Origin: Isurus oxyrinchus
Taxonomy: Eukaryota
NCBI GenBank assembly: GCA_026770705.1
Contig: JANJGN010000017.1
Coordinates: forward strand, 12,524,001-12,588,000
Direction of reading: 5' to 3'
DNA length: 64,000 bases
A program made the translations under genes and the position numbers. Position 1 is the first letter of the stretch, and every line of letters starts with the position of its first letter. The notes beneath the pieces are model-generated. The model did no database searches, had not been told where the DNA came from, and worked only from the letters and a program-made list of their open reading frames with translations. Shown here piece after piece: positions 24,681 through 37,834 of this stretch.

Positions 24681-26749
24681 AGCTTGCGAATGCCGTTCAC
24701 TCGCTATCCACAAGGTAGCATCTTGGTTAGAACCAGTAACCAGAGAACAGGCACCTTTCAAGTAAGGAAAGAAAACTTGAGGGGAGAATCACTTTACATA
24801 CCAACAGCATCAGCTGGTGATATGTTTCAGAGCAGCACCAATGGCAACTCAGCATCACAGGTGGGAGAGTCTGAAAATAAAAGTAAATAGTTTTACACTC
24901 AAACTTCACCAGCTAGCCCTTCAAAAAAGAAAATTATACAACTAGTGAGTGAGTGAAGGAACAAAGTAGAACCTCCAATTCCTGGAAATAACTTAGTTTC
25001 AGTTTTGTTACTATTCTTGGACAAATATTCCTGGAATTCAACAGCTAGTGCCAGACTGGCAGGTTTTAGAGCAAGTCAACACTACCTGATAGGAAGTCAT
25101 TCCAAAAACAAACATCATACACAGCCCCGAAGACAAACCAGAAAAACTTCCCTCAAGACTAGATTAGTTCTGGGGGCAGTTGATTTGCTTTTCTAAAGAT
25201 GGACAAGTCTGCTGTCTAACCACATTGTTTACTGGGATACTGACTGAATCACATGCACCAGCCATCAGCTGTACACTTTCCTCATCTATTGACTCTCACA
25301 AGATTTAGGTCAAATTATTTGCCATCAATGCTGCTCTAAGCTAAGTTAGCAGAAAGAACAGCATTGGGGAAGGGAGGTCAACTCTAACGTTTTACCTGCA
25401 TCACACTATTAGACAGACCCTCCAAAAAAATGGAACTATCATCCACATCTTCCAGGGAGATGATGATAAAGTTTAAAGGGCTAGGTAGCAACTGTGTTTC
25501 AATATTATTCAGCGAGGTGCTGCAGTAAAAAGATACTCAGCAATTTAAAGGAAAACACTTCATGCCCTCAATTAGCTGTTGTTTCTCTCACAGGACAGGA
25601 AGGTGCAAATAGATGCATACCTTAGAAGGGGGGCACACTCCAATGAACTCCATTTTAATTTGAGAGAGGCAGGGGAAAGAAGGAAAATAAATAAGTTGAG
25701 GAAGAAAGTGAAATATGTTGAAAAAACCTGCATTGTCATGTCAAACCTGAGTAAAAATTAACTGCCAATTACGATTTGTTAACAAGTCCACTCATTCCAA
25801 CCCCTCAAAATCCAGTCAACTTTTCCAACTGCAAAACATGTCTGGCAAGTTCCAGACGAACATTAAAAAAAGGTGAACTAAGGAAAGAACACAGGTGACA
25901 GCAAGAAAGAAAATTCCAGGATAGAAACAGCTAACATAACATAAGCCAGCTGACCTTTCCATGTGACCGAAGAGATAGCAGTAGTGTTGCTAAAAGTATT
26001 GGTGGATGATTTGCAATATAATTCTGCTACATAACACAAACTTAAGCCGTTAGTAAGAATCAAATGGATTCAACACAAAATACAGACTTGAAATGACAAG
26101 TTTGCCTGTCAATGATATCAAAAATAGCCAAGGAGGGCTGGTATTTCAGTTGGAGCCACACTTAAGGCATCTTTACAACATCAAGCTTTCTGGTTCCTAT
26201 CTAGTGCAAATGACCATCAAGCACCAATTCCTCCCCTGTCCCCGCCCCACCCCCCCCCCCCCCCCCACCTTTTATATATTCAATGTCCGATTCCTATCCT
26301 GCTTCATGCTATACCCTTCTGTGTAATAATTAGATCCAGTGTACTAATGTACTGGGAAGCTCTTCATTTAGATGTTTAAAAATATAATCAAAACCAACAT
26401 TTTTTAGTGGGTAATGAATTTGGAGACATGTGCTTTTATGGAGCAACGTTCTAACCGAATTCCCATTTATCCTCCAGACTGCAGGTACTGGAAGAAGAAC
26501 GGCACATTTATAATTGCAGCACTCCCACTAAAGTCTCTAGTTATGATCATGTACAAATCAGTCCAATATATGTTATAGTGAAATGAAGTGCTGCACAGCA
26601 ATTCCACTCACGCGTTCTCATTTCACACTCCGGTGCATCATACAGTTGAGGCCTGGAAAACATCGGAACTATTGCAAAACCACAACAGTTAAATTGTATT
26701 ATACAGTGTCCTAGTAACTTACAACAGAAAATGGATAAGGAGTCACAAA

Positions 26750-27590
26750 TTATTGCAATCAGCGAACATCCCCACTTCTGACCTTATGATGGAAGGAAGG
26801 TCATTGATGAAGCAGCTGAAGAATATATTGGGCCTAGGACACTATCCTGAGAAATTCTAGCACTGATGTTCTAGAACGGAGATGATTGACCTCTAAAAAC
26901 CCCATCTTCCTTCGTGCTAGGTATGACTCCAACCAGGAGAGTTTTCCCAGGTTCCCACTGACTCCAGATTTGCTAAGGCTCCTTGATGCCACACTGTCAA
27001 ATGCTACCTTAATGTCAAAGGCAGTCCCTCTCACCTCACCTCGGGAGTTCTGCTCTTTTGTCCACGTTTGAGCCAAGGCTGTAATGAGGTCTGGAGCCGA
27101 GTGATCCTGGAGGAACCCAAACTTGAGTGCCAATGAGCAGGCTATTGCTAAGCAAGTGGCACTTGTCAATGCTGTTGATGACCCCTTCCATCACATTACT
27201 GATGATCGAGAGTAGACTGAAGGGTTGGTAATTGGCTGGGTTGGCTTTGTCCTGCTGTGTGTGTACAGAACACACCTGGACAATTTTCCATATTGCCAGG
27301 TAGATGCTAGTGTTGTAGCTGTACTGGATCAGCTTGGCTGGGGTGGGGAGGGGAAATTCTGGAGCAGAAATCTTCAGTACTATTGCTGGAATATTAGCAG
27401 GGCCCATAGCCTTTGCGCTATCCAGTGCCTTCAGCCGTTTCTGATATCATGCAGAGTGAATAGACTTGGCTGACGACGGACATCGGTGATGCTGGGGACC
27501 TCTGGAGGAGGCCGAGATGGATTGTCCACTCAGCACTTCTGGCTGAAGTTTGTTGCAAATGCTTCAGCCTTATCTTTCATATTGATGTTT
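26750..27590 (-). mobile_element. CR1-clade LINE RT fragment (same family as 1417-3390)
   Basis: MGPANIPAIVLK...ANPANYQPFSLLSIISNVMEG and HSAPDLITALAQTWTKE. Confidence 0.88.
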
Positions 27591-28257
27591 TCTTTTGCAC
27601 TAGGTTCAATTCCCAATCTGATGAATTAGTTGACAATCAACAAGGAAAAAGTGGGGCACTAGAAATGATGCAACTACTTCAGTGCCTATGGATTAACACC
27701 TACAAAGAGATGGGAAGTGACAAAGTTCTTAGCCAGTTACGCAAAACATTAGAGAGAAATGAGCACGTATGGACTGGTACTCCAGCATCAGTTACAGTTT
27801 CAAGAGGAAGGGAGAAAATTGAAGTTTTTTTTTAGAAGTAATTCTAGAATAAATATGGTTAAATGATCAGATTCACGTCCTTTTCAATTCCATTCATTCT
27901 GGCTTTAATAAAAGCTGCAAAATATTTCTGTGCAGCCATTGGTGGTGCCCTAGTCATAATATTGTAACTGCCTCCAGGGGTCAAGGGTAAAGCCAATTCA
28001 CAGTTAGCCCAAAATATAGCAGCACAAATCAATAAAACAACTGCAATCACAAAACTGGACTAAGAGCACACAGCACCCCACATCATCAATATATCACAAT
28101 CATTTTTTTAAAAATTTCAGCATTCCTAGAGCTGTCCAAACTATACAAGTTCACCTCTGGATGCTAAAAGGGAAAGATTATAATGCAGATTACAGAATGG
28201 CATTATGTAGTTTCATACAATCTAAGCTGCCTCACAAATCAGCTAAGTGAATGAGTA

Positions 28258-28670
28258 CCAGCCATGGCTCGACTGGTAGCACTCTCACCTGAGCCAGAAG
28301 GTTGTGGGTTAAACTCCCACTCAAGGTTTCAGCACAAAATTTAGGCTGACATTCCAGTGCAATATTGAGGGAATGTGGCACTGATTAGAGGAGATGTTAA
28401 GCCGAGACCCCGTTTGCTCTCAGGTGGAATTAAAATATATAATGACACTATTTTGAAGAGCAGCAAAAGTTCCACAGTGTCATGGCCACTATTTATTCCT
28501 CAATTAACATCACTAACACAGATTACTGGTCATTATCACATACTGTCTTGGGAGCTTGTAGTATATGCTTCCTACCTTACAACAGTGACCACTCTTAAAA
28601 GTACTTCATTAGATGTAAAGTATTTTGGAATGCCCCAAGGTCATGAAAGGCACATATAGACGCAAGTCTT
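28258..28670 (+). mobile_element. tRNA-derived SINE with Deu-like domain
   Basis: cagccatggctcgactggtagcactctcacctgag...ggttgtgggttaaactccc head, gagatgttaagccgagacccc core, and a tail ending gaaaggcacatatagacgcaagtc. Confidence 0.72.
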
Positions 28671-29689
28671 TTTTTTGTGTCTTGCAAAGAAAATACTAGC
28701 TGTTAGTTGGGTCACACCAAATAGTTTATTGGTCTACTCTAGCTCTGACTGTGCAATGCAGATTTGCTTTCAGAATATCCAAAAGTCTACAGTAACCCCA
28801 AACTATCTTTCTGTACTAAATTCAAAGTGAATAACTTCAAATGAACATGAGTACACCTTATAACTTCAACTAATCAGGCACTATTACACCACAATCTTCA
28901 TAATGAATTTTAAACACAGAATATGCATGGGAGTACTAGAGATAACATTATCAATAGTAAAAGGAATAATACACTCTTGTTGTTGAAAAACAAAAGAAAT
29001 TTACAAGGAGAATGCCTGGTGTTTCTTGAGCAAAACATTATCATGCCATGTTTTAAACATTTACACAACAGAACAGAAGGCTTGCAACAGTCAAACTCGA
29101 CACAATTTGAACTTTGATCAAATTTATATCTTACAAGTTTTCATTAGTCATTGAGCTGAGTTTTAAAAAAATTATATGGGATGGGAACGTCGCTGGCAAG
29201 GGCAGCATTTATTGCTCTTCCTGAATGAGTAACGTAGAAAAGGGCAAGTACATGGTCTATAAAGAAGGATACTGATCAGCTGACATTTACAGATAAATCA
29301 AAATTTAGCAGAGTAAAAATTTAGCCCACAGGTTTCACTGTCAGACAAATTGTTTGGAACTAAAAAGTATGAAATGGAAGAGAATGAATAGCAGCTATGG
29401 CAAAATGCAGTTTTTCATATTTTCATACCAGCAAACCTACCAAAAAAGGGTAGACATGTGCCCCTTTACCTCCTCTATCCTCACCATCCCAAGGCCCCAA
29501 AGTCGTCTTCTAGGTGAATCAGCGATTCACTTGTATTTCTTTCAATTTAACATGCTGTATGTGCTGCTCACAATGAGATGTCATATACATTGGGGATGCA
29601 AATTGAGCACACCTCCACTCAGTCTGCAAGCATGATCCTGAGCTTCCTGTTGCTTGTAATTTTAATTTCACCACCTTGCTCTTGTGCTG

Positions 29690-30172
29690 AAATCTGTCCT
29701 CGGCCTGCTGCATTATCAAGTGAAGCTCAATGCAAGCTCAAGGGTGAGTACCTTGCCTTCTAATGAGGCACTTTACAGCCTTCTGGATGTAACATTGAAC
29801 TAAATAACATCAGGCCTTGAACTCCGATTCCCATTTTGGTTTTTTTTTTGGACGTGTGTCAGTTTGAATCTTGTTTTTCATGCTTTGCTTTTGGACAGAG
29901 CCGTTAATTATTCTGGCATTTGCACTCACTCACTCTAGACAAATGCTTTGGTTGTTTACCACAACCATTACCTCTCGCTTTGCCTTTTACTCCAAGACAT
30001 CTTTGTCATTTAATTTCTTCCACCCTTGTTCCCATTCTAGGTCTCTCTTTGTTCTTCCTTCCCCCTTTCACCAGCATTACCTTTCCACCCTCCAGTTCTG
30101 AAGTAATATTTGCCTCAAAACATTAACTCTCTCTCTCTCCGGATGCTGCCAGACCCAAGAATTTCCAGCACT
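29690..30172 (+). mobile_element. Degenerate Penelope-like 3' fragment
   Basis: GIY-YIG C-terminal remnant (gaagctcaatgcaagctc...ggcactttacagccttctgga), a 3' UTR and a decayed HHR/tail (agttctgaag...caaaacattaactct...gatgctgccagacc). Confidence 0.65.
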
Positions 30173-30559
30173 CTTAATTACAAAAAAATCTCTTCTCCCA
30201 TTTCTTATCACTTTCCTTCATCACTTGTTGGGTCAGAAACACTCAGCTGAGTGGGAAATGTGAATATTATACAATGATCAACAAAAAATTCTTAATCTCA
30301 AATGTGTCAGACTTGACTCAGTGGTAGCTATTTGCCTCATGTTAGAAGATCACAATCATTATAAGCATATGGGCAGAATGTAGGCAGACATTTTAGTGAA
30401 AGGCTGAGGGACTACTGCAGTTATAGTCTCAGACGAGGTGCTAAACAAGATGCCATGCTGCCCGTTGAGATGGGTGCAAAGCACCAGTCAAAGGGGAGAG
30501 TTTTCCTGTTGCCTTGGTCAATATTTATCCCTGGATCCATATCATTGAAAAAAATCTGG

Positions 30560-31345
30560 TAACCAGGTTTAAAGGTAATTGGTAAAGAAACAGAAGGAAG
30601 TTGAGAACTTTAAAAAAAAAATTAATAACTTATGATGATTTGGAATCCACTGCCTGAAAGGGTAGCAGAAACTGATTCAACAGTAACCTTTAAGGAGGAA
30701 CCAGATAAGTCCTCAAAGGAAAACATTTGCAAGGTTTTGGAGCTAATGGATAACTCCCGCAAAGAGACAGCACAGGCAACATTTGGGTCCAGAATTGGAC
30801 ACAACACTCCAGCTGAGGTCTAACCAGAGATTTATAAAAATTTTAGCATAACTCGCTGCTTGCAGTTATAAGCAGTCCAAGATTTATTTTTTAAAACTTC
30901 AATTTTTGCTTCCACCTTCAAAAATTTGTCCAAGTGAGCCCCCCAGCTCTGTTCCTGCAGCCATTTAAAAACTACAATTTAAAATATACCTATCCACATT
31001 CTTCTTTGCAAAATGCATCACTTCATACTCTACATTAAATTTCATTTACTATGTGTCTGCATATTGTGTTATCAGTCTATATGATCCTCTCTACCTTCTG
31101 TGACATCTACAAACTTTTAGATTTTGTCTTATATATACAAAGCCAAGACCAATATATATCAAAGAGTTGTGGCCCAGATACCAACCCCTGGGATACTTCC
31201 CTCCACTACTTCCTGCTTTGCCAATTTTCTATCCATACCATCAGTAACTAATCATCCAGTGGGTTTTGATTTTTCCACATTTACCTCAGGGCAATTCATT
31301 GCACACCTTTTCAAAGTCCATATGCACATCAACTGCACTACCCTC
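30560..31345. mobile_element. Old CR1 fragments in both orientations
   Basis: WNPLPERVAETDS 3' remnant on + (30.6-30.78 kb) and an RT remnant on - (30.79-31.35 kb). Confidence 0.6.
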
Positions 31346-34300
31346 AAGAGGTTTTACACTAGAATGATAATAGGGGTCCTTTATTCATAGTACATCTTGC
31401 ATTCATTGTAATTCTAGAGCAGAAGCATGCTCATACTCACGCTTCTGAATACAGAATTTGCAATCTCACTCCCCTTTCCTAAAGCCTGTCTCCAATCACT
31501 TACCCACTTCCAGGATACAACAGTGCCGAGAGTCTGGTGAATAAGATTCCATTGTCGACAAACATTAAGAAAGGGAAGCACCAGTCTGACAACAGTGCCA
31601 TTCATCAGTGTTACTATCTTGATGCACACCTTCACTATGAAGGAAATCATAATTAGGTGAGGCTCATCAATGAGTTCTACATAATAAAACCCGAGACCTT
31701 CCTAGTCTGTGGCTAAGCTAATGGATCTGAAGCCAAATAATTGAAACAACAGCCAGTAAAAAAAAAATTAAAAGAATGAGAAATAAAAAATAAACCCAAG
31801 GTTTCTATCCAATGTTCAGCTAATCAGGCACTATTACACCATAATCTTCATAGTGAATTTTAAACACAGAATATGCAGTGGGAGTACTAGAGATAACATT
31901 ATCAATAGTAAAAGGAATAATACACTCCTTTTGTTGAAAAACAAAAGAAATTTACAAGAATGCTTGGTGTTTCTTGAGCAAAACATTATCATGCCATGTT
32001 TTAAACATTTACACACCAGAACTGATCCTCGAGCTTGCATTGAGCTTCACTTGATAATGCAGCAGGCCGAGGACAGATTTCAGCACAAGAGCAAGGTGGT
32101 GAAATTAAAATTACAAGCAACAGGAAGCTCAGGATCATGCTTGTAGACTGAGCGGAGGTGTGCTCAATTTGCATCCCCAATGTATATGACATCTCATTGT
32201 GAGCAGCACATACAGCATGTTAAATTGAAAGAAATACAAGTGAATCGCTGATTCACCTAGAAGACGACTTTGGGGCCTTGGATGGTGAGGATAGAGGAGG
32301 TAAAGGGGCACATGTCTACCCTTTTTTGGTAGGTTTGCTGGTATGAAAATATGAAAAACTGCATTTTGCCATAGCTGCTATTCATTCTCTTCCATTTCAT
32401 ACTTTTTAATTCCAAACAATTTGTCTAACAGTGAAACCTGTGGGCTAAATTTTTACTTTGCTAAATTTTGATTTATCTATAAATGTCAGCTGATCAGTAT
32501 CCTTCTTTATAGACCATGTACTTGCCCTTTTTTATGTTACTCAGGAAGAGCAACAAATGCTGCCCTTGCCAGCGACATTCCCATCCCATAAAATTTTTTA
32601 AAAACTCAGCTCAATGATTAATGAAAACTTGTAAGATATAAATTTGATCAAAGTTCAAATTGGGATGAGAAACACTCAGCTGAGTGGGAGATGTGAATAT
32701 TACAATGATCAACAAAAAATTCTTAATCCCAAATGTGTCAGACTTGACTCAGTGGTAGCTATTTGCCTCATGTTAGAAGATCACAAATCATTACAAGCAC
32801 ATGGGCAGAATGTAGGTTGACATTTTAGTGAGAATTCCCACTTAAAAACTTGGCAAAACAAGGTCTCCCATTATCCAGAAACTGTCAAATGCAAACGCAG
32901 AGACCCCTTTCCACCCAGTTCATTCTGGTACCACTTGCTTAGGACATGAGCCCTGGCATAAAATCTTCCATAGGGGTTTATGATACATTTTGAGGGAGTA
33001 AATTACAGATTGTGCTCTGAGTCATCAAGGCCAAGTTTTCAGGTCCATCTCTAGGGTAACATTAAGACTTGAAGCAAATGAGAACTTTGCAAAGTAAAGC
33101 TTTGACCTCCCAATTTTCTCCCCTGAATAGTTATGTAAAGATCTACTAGAAACATCCAAACGTGCCACACTTACACCTATGTATATCTACGAAACAGAAC
33201 ATTCGATTTAATTGGCCACATCAAAAAATACAATGGCAGAGCATTACAGGTTTACTGGCCAGAATTAATATTATTGTTTATGCTGCCTTGTCTGCAGCCT
33301 GAATTACTGAAACAATTTTTCCCAAGAAAACTGAGCAAGCATATACTGCTCATATTTCCCCTATATTACCGTTCAATGGGAAATAATTCAAGGTCTGCAA
33401 ACTACAAAACAGTTCTTATTGATGCCAAGAAACTTTACCTTCTCAATACATTGAAGCATTTCTGAAATTTCACATTACACAGTAGGTTAATTTGTTTTAT
33501 GCACTGAATGCAGAGATTTTGAAAATCATGCTTATAAAAGCAGCTAAGTCAATTTAAGTAGCTGAAGCTAAGATTGTATTACCAGCCCTGCTCACATTTC
33601 CTGAATCCAGTTCTGAATGCTTCAATCCAAAAATAAGCACATTTAAAAAGGCCTCTTCCTTCAGAGTGAGGCTCAATTAATAAAGGTCATCTTCCTCTCA
33701 CCTGGATCCTCAGATTAGCCTCTGTATGCCCGTGCACTTCAGAGCCCAATAGCTGGGGAATGCATGTTGTCAGGATGTGTGCAGTATGAGATAGGGAGAG
33801 GAGGAAGAGAAAAATAACTACAAATATAAATAAGCACATGGAGTTGCTTTCTAACTGCGACAAGTGGCCAGACCAAGCAAATCTCTGTTCATACAAGTGC
33901 CTGATGATTTAAGCTATGGGGTTCTCTCCCAATGTAGATACAAATACTTCTGTACAAAAAAAAGTGCTCTTTTTAAAAAAAAACAGAAGCAACCATCCCT
34001 CAAGTTACTACTATAAAACTTTCCAAGTGGTTTTGGCAGAGACCTGGGAGCAAGCTGCCAGATTGACATTCAAATTTATTCAACAGACCAAGTGTTAAAA
34101 TGAAACTCAGTAGTCATTAAATGTGGTTGCACCGGCCTCTTCACATTCCAACACTTCTGCAAGCATACTGGCCACAGAGATTCGGAATAGTTTTAAAAGC
34201 TAGCTTCACTGAAGGAAGCCATTTCTTATTGGTTCAGTCATACCAACAATAGAATGTCACAACATGTTAAGAGCATTTCAGTAAGTTTTCCTCAGCTTTG

Positions 34301-37300
34301 GATTAACTGTCCAAGTAGCAATGATTTAAACTGGTATAATTCTGATTGTGCAATGCAAAGTCTTCAACTGATATCTGCCCAAAGTTTTAAATGTGTAATC
34401 ATTTTCCAACCCTCAATACCACAAGAGAAAAAACTGTTAAGTTGCCAGAAGCCAAACGAATCCAAGCCTATGAGTCATTTTTGATAAGTGAAAGTTAGGA
34501 TTTTTTCATTCCTATCCCAAAAACTCAATTCCCATACAAAACAATCCGACCAAGCCCTCTAAATGTTCAGAAAACATACAAAACGAACCATTAGACGGCA
34601 CATTATAGATGGAGTGTTATGTGCAGTTACCGAGTGTACATTGGATTTAGAAGTCTACAAAACAGGAAAGTTGAAAGCTAAGCGAGAAAACGGAGCAAGC
34701 TTTTCCTGTTCAGAAAATTAACACTAATACTACACATGGTAAAGCAACATACAGCATTAAATCTTGTGCATATCTGAGCCACCCATTTAAAATCAATTCC
34801 AGTTTCTAAACAAGGGGTTATTGCACAAAAGACCAGTTCATTTTGAATGATTTCATCTTCATAGCAAGGGTCAACCAGACACTTCTTCCCAGATAGTGCA
34901 CCCTTTTGTTACCAGATAATAGCATTCTGTATTTTATGTTTCTCTCCCAGAATGCAATAGTAACCAACAATTTTGTTGCTTAGCTTGTTACCAGGGAAAC
35001 CACTGTGGTTTTTGATGCAGATGGGGGTAGGCAGGAGGGACAAAACAAAATCAATATTTGGTTCTAGCAAAAAATTCTGTTCAATAAAATTATGTAATGT
35101 TCTTCTTTAACAGGCAGTCACATTACAATGGTGTAGGTTTTGTTATATCACAGTATAAACAAACCGCACTGTTTTGCAAGGTAAGTCCATCTTGAAAATA
35201 ATGTGAAGAATCTTCCATATGTCAAATATGTCATTGCTGAGTATTAATGGCAAATACTGAGAAAAAATAAACTGCTGTAAATTGCAGCTTTCTCCAGATG
35301 ACTTCTGTAGCTTGCTGATCGAGGGTTTCCCCACCCCCCCACATCATGTCCATGAAGTCATGCATTAATAAACATTAAGGCAAAAAGACAAGCAGATAAG
35401 TAACTGAAAGGACAAAATCATGCAAGCAAGCACAACTTAAAGTTACTCCAGGTTACTAACGTTTCAAACTTTAAACATCGGTAAACTTCAACTAATCTAC
35501 GTAACAACCAAGTTACTGAAACATCAACTATCACACATCTCTAGTTAAAAAAATACTTGCAGCCATTACCAGGATTGAAAGCAGATCTCTTATACAGTGC
35601 ATATTAAGTTTTAGCAAAATTAAAAAGGCAAGAATTTAATGTGCCCTTTCGCTTGTTAGCAGGCAATCACCTGTGGTGATTATGGATTGTTACTTTAAAA
35701 TCAGAAAAAAGTCTCACTCTCCTGGTACCATAGGAGGATCAATTAGCCTCAATTATTAATTTGGCAATCCAGAAAATATTCAATATTTTTCCTTACACAG
35801 CAAAATCTTAAAGTTCAAACAAATGTAAATACTAATCTGGAGTTCATAATATTTTGACTGTGCACCTTTTAACAAGTGATTGTAAACTGTACTGGCAGAA
35901 TTGCAATCAGAATACTTTTTTTAAAACTACACAAACGAAAGACAAAACCAACTAAGCCATCCAGGCAATGTAAACAAGATGCATTATCAATTTATTCACT
36001 TTTTCAGTCCTGCAATCTTCAAAAAGGGAAGCTTGGAATATAAAAATTAAACACTTCATTCAGTAAATGCTTGATCTTATCCAGGCTCTACAGTATAGTA
36101 CAGGTGGAAAGTAGAATAAGCTACTCTTTGCTACACGTGCATACCTACTAACTGTAGAAGGAGAAACCTCCACTAATGCTGATTTGAAGTGAAGCACAGG
36201 AGGAAGCCAATAGCATTTTAAACTTATATGCTACATAGCAAGAATTTTCAAAAACTTACATTTAAATAGGGCTTTACATTACAACTCAAAATGTTCCTGA
36301 GGGGTACAGTCACTGATGCTTTGTCGGACACCACAGCAGCCATTTTGCACACAGCAAGGATTCTCAAAAACCAGACAGCTGAATTACAGTGGAGTTAAAC
36401 CTTTTTCTCTTGATACAGAAAACAATGGCCAGGGCAGAATGTACCATGGGATCTTCGATATTTACCCAATACAGGTTGAGTTGCCATTTTGATTATTTCA
36501 GCCAATGCTCAGCAGCTGGTGTGTGCACATGTGCATGTGTGTGTGAGCTAAGAGGAACAAAACAGGTGCGCTGTCACACTCCAAAAAAGGAGGCCAGAGG
36601 ATGGCGGTATTACAGTTGCGATAGAATGACATCCACTCAAAAATCAGCTACAGATCAAAATTCAGTTTTGTAAAACAGAAGTACACAAGTCTACTAATTT
36701 AAAACAACAAATCAATCCCAAGACTAAATTTATTCAAACTGTTAATTTGCTATTTAACATTATACTAGTACACATTATAAACAGACTTCAAAACTCTCAA
36801 GCCTCTAATGCCAAGTCTGCTTGAGGGCAAGCATACCCTGCACCATGTGTCTTGTTTATATGTTATGTTTGTTGAATTTCTCTCATGCTAGTTTCACTGC
36901 TACCACTTAACTATCGCCTGATCTCCATTGCTTCAATGAGGTACACGCTTGCCTCTTCTCTTTCAAATGCTGTTTTCTGTTATCATACTGCAGTTTGAAG
37001 GATTCGCACCCAAAACGTTAACTGAATGTTTTCAGCATTTTGTTTGCTACCAAGAATAAATTACAAGGCTGTTTCCAGAGGCAACAAATATTATCTTGCA
37101 AGATGATTTTGCTCCCTCATACCAGAAGCAAAGAACCCTACCTTTGTTATATTCAGTCACCCATGGATCGACTATTGTTTGGACCCAATGTGGGCTGAGC
37201 TCTCAAGCCTATTCCTACAACATAATGCTATTTTACTACTCCTGGCTTGTTAGATATTAGGGATGGCATTATTCAAAACTGTAATGCTACAAACATATTT

Positions 37301-37583
37301 TTGCTCTGGCATAAACAAAACTGAGTTTCTCCTGGTATAAACTGAGTGAATTCCATATAATGGGCATTGATCGATGGGAGAATTTTCACAATATAAGAAC
37401 AGGCAGGACTCCACTTTCGCTTCCCAAGCATTGCTGCAATCTGATATTTCAGATCTGATAATTCAGGTCAGCACTTTTTACAATTATTCCATTCTCGCTC
37501 TCATATTTATGGTTTTACCAGAATTAACAAGCCCTTACTAGCTAGCTATCATACATTACATAGCAACATAGTTTAAAAGACAG

Positions 37584-37834
37584 CCAACACCCTTGGATAT
37601 TAGAAAACTGCAAGTCACGATGAATGTCATGGTACAAGCCACGTCATGATTTCCCCCAGTGGGTCACTTACCTTCCATACCAGATACTTAAACATGTAGC
37701 TACACACCAACCAACACCCTTGGATATTAGAAAACTGCAAGTCATGATGAATGTCATGGTACAAGCCACGTCATGATTTCCCTCAGTGGATCACTTTCCT
37801 TCCATTCCAGACACTTAAACATGTAGCTACACAC
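37584..37834. repeat. 127-bp tandem duplication (2 copies)
   Basis: ccaacacccttggatattagaaaactgcaagtca...aacatgtagctacacac starts at 37584 and 37711, with few substitutions. Confidence 0.95.

Larger units (their letters stand above)
28865..32831. repeat. Complex local duplication: A-B-x-C copied as A-B(inverted)-C
   Basis: A 28865-29074 matches 31815-32022 (direct). B 29103-29743 matches the reverse complement of 32027-32662. C ~30228-30399 matches ~32660-32831 (direct). Confidence 0.93.
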
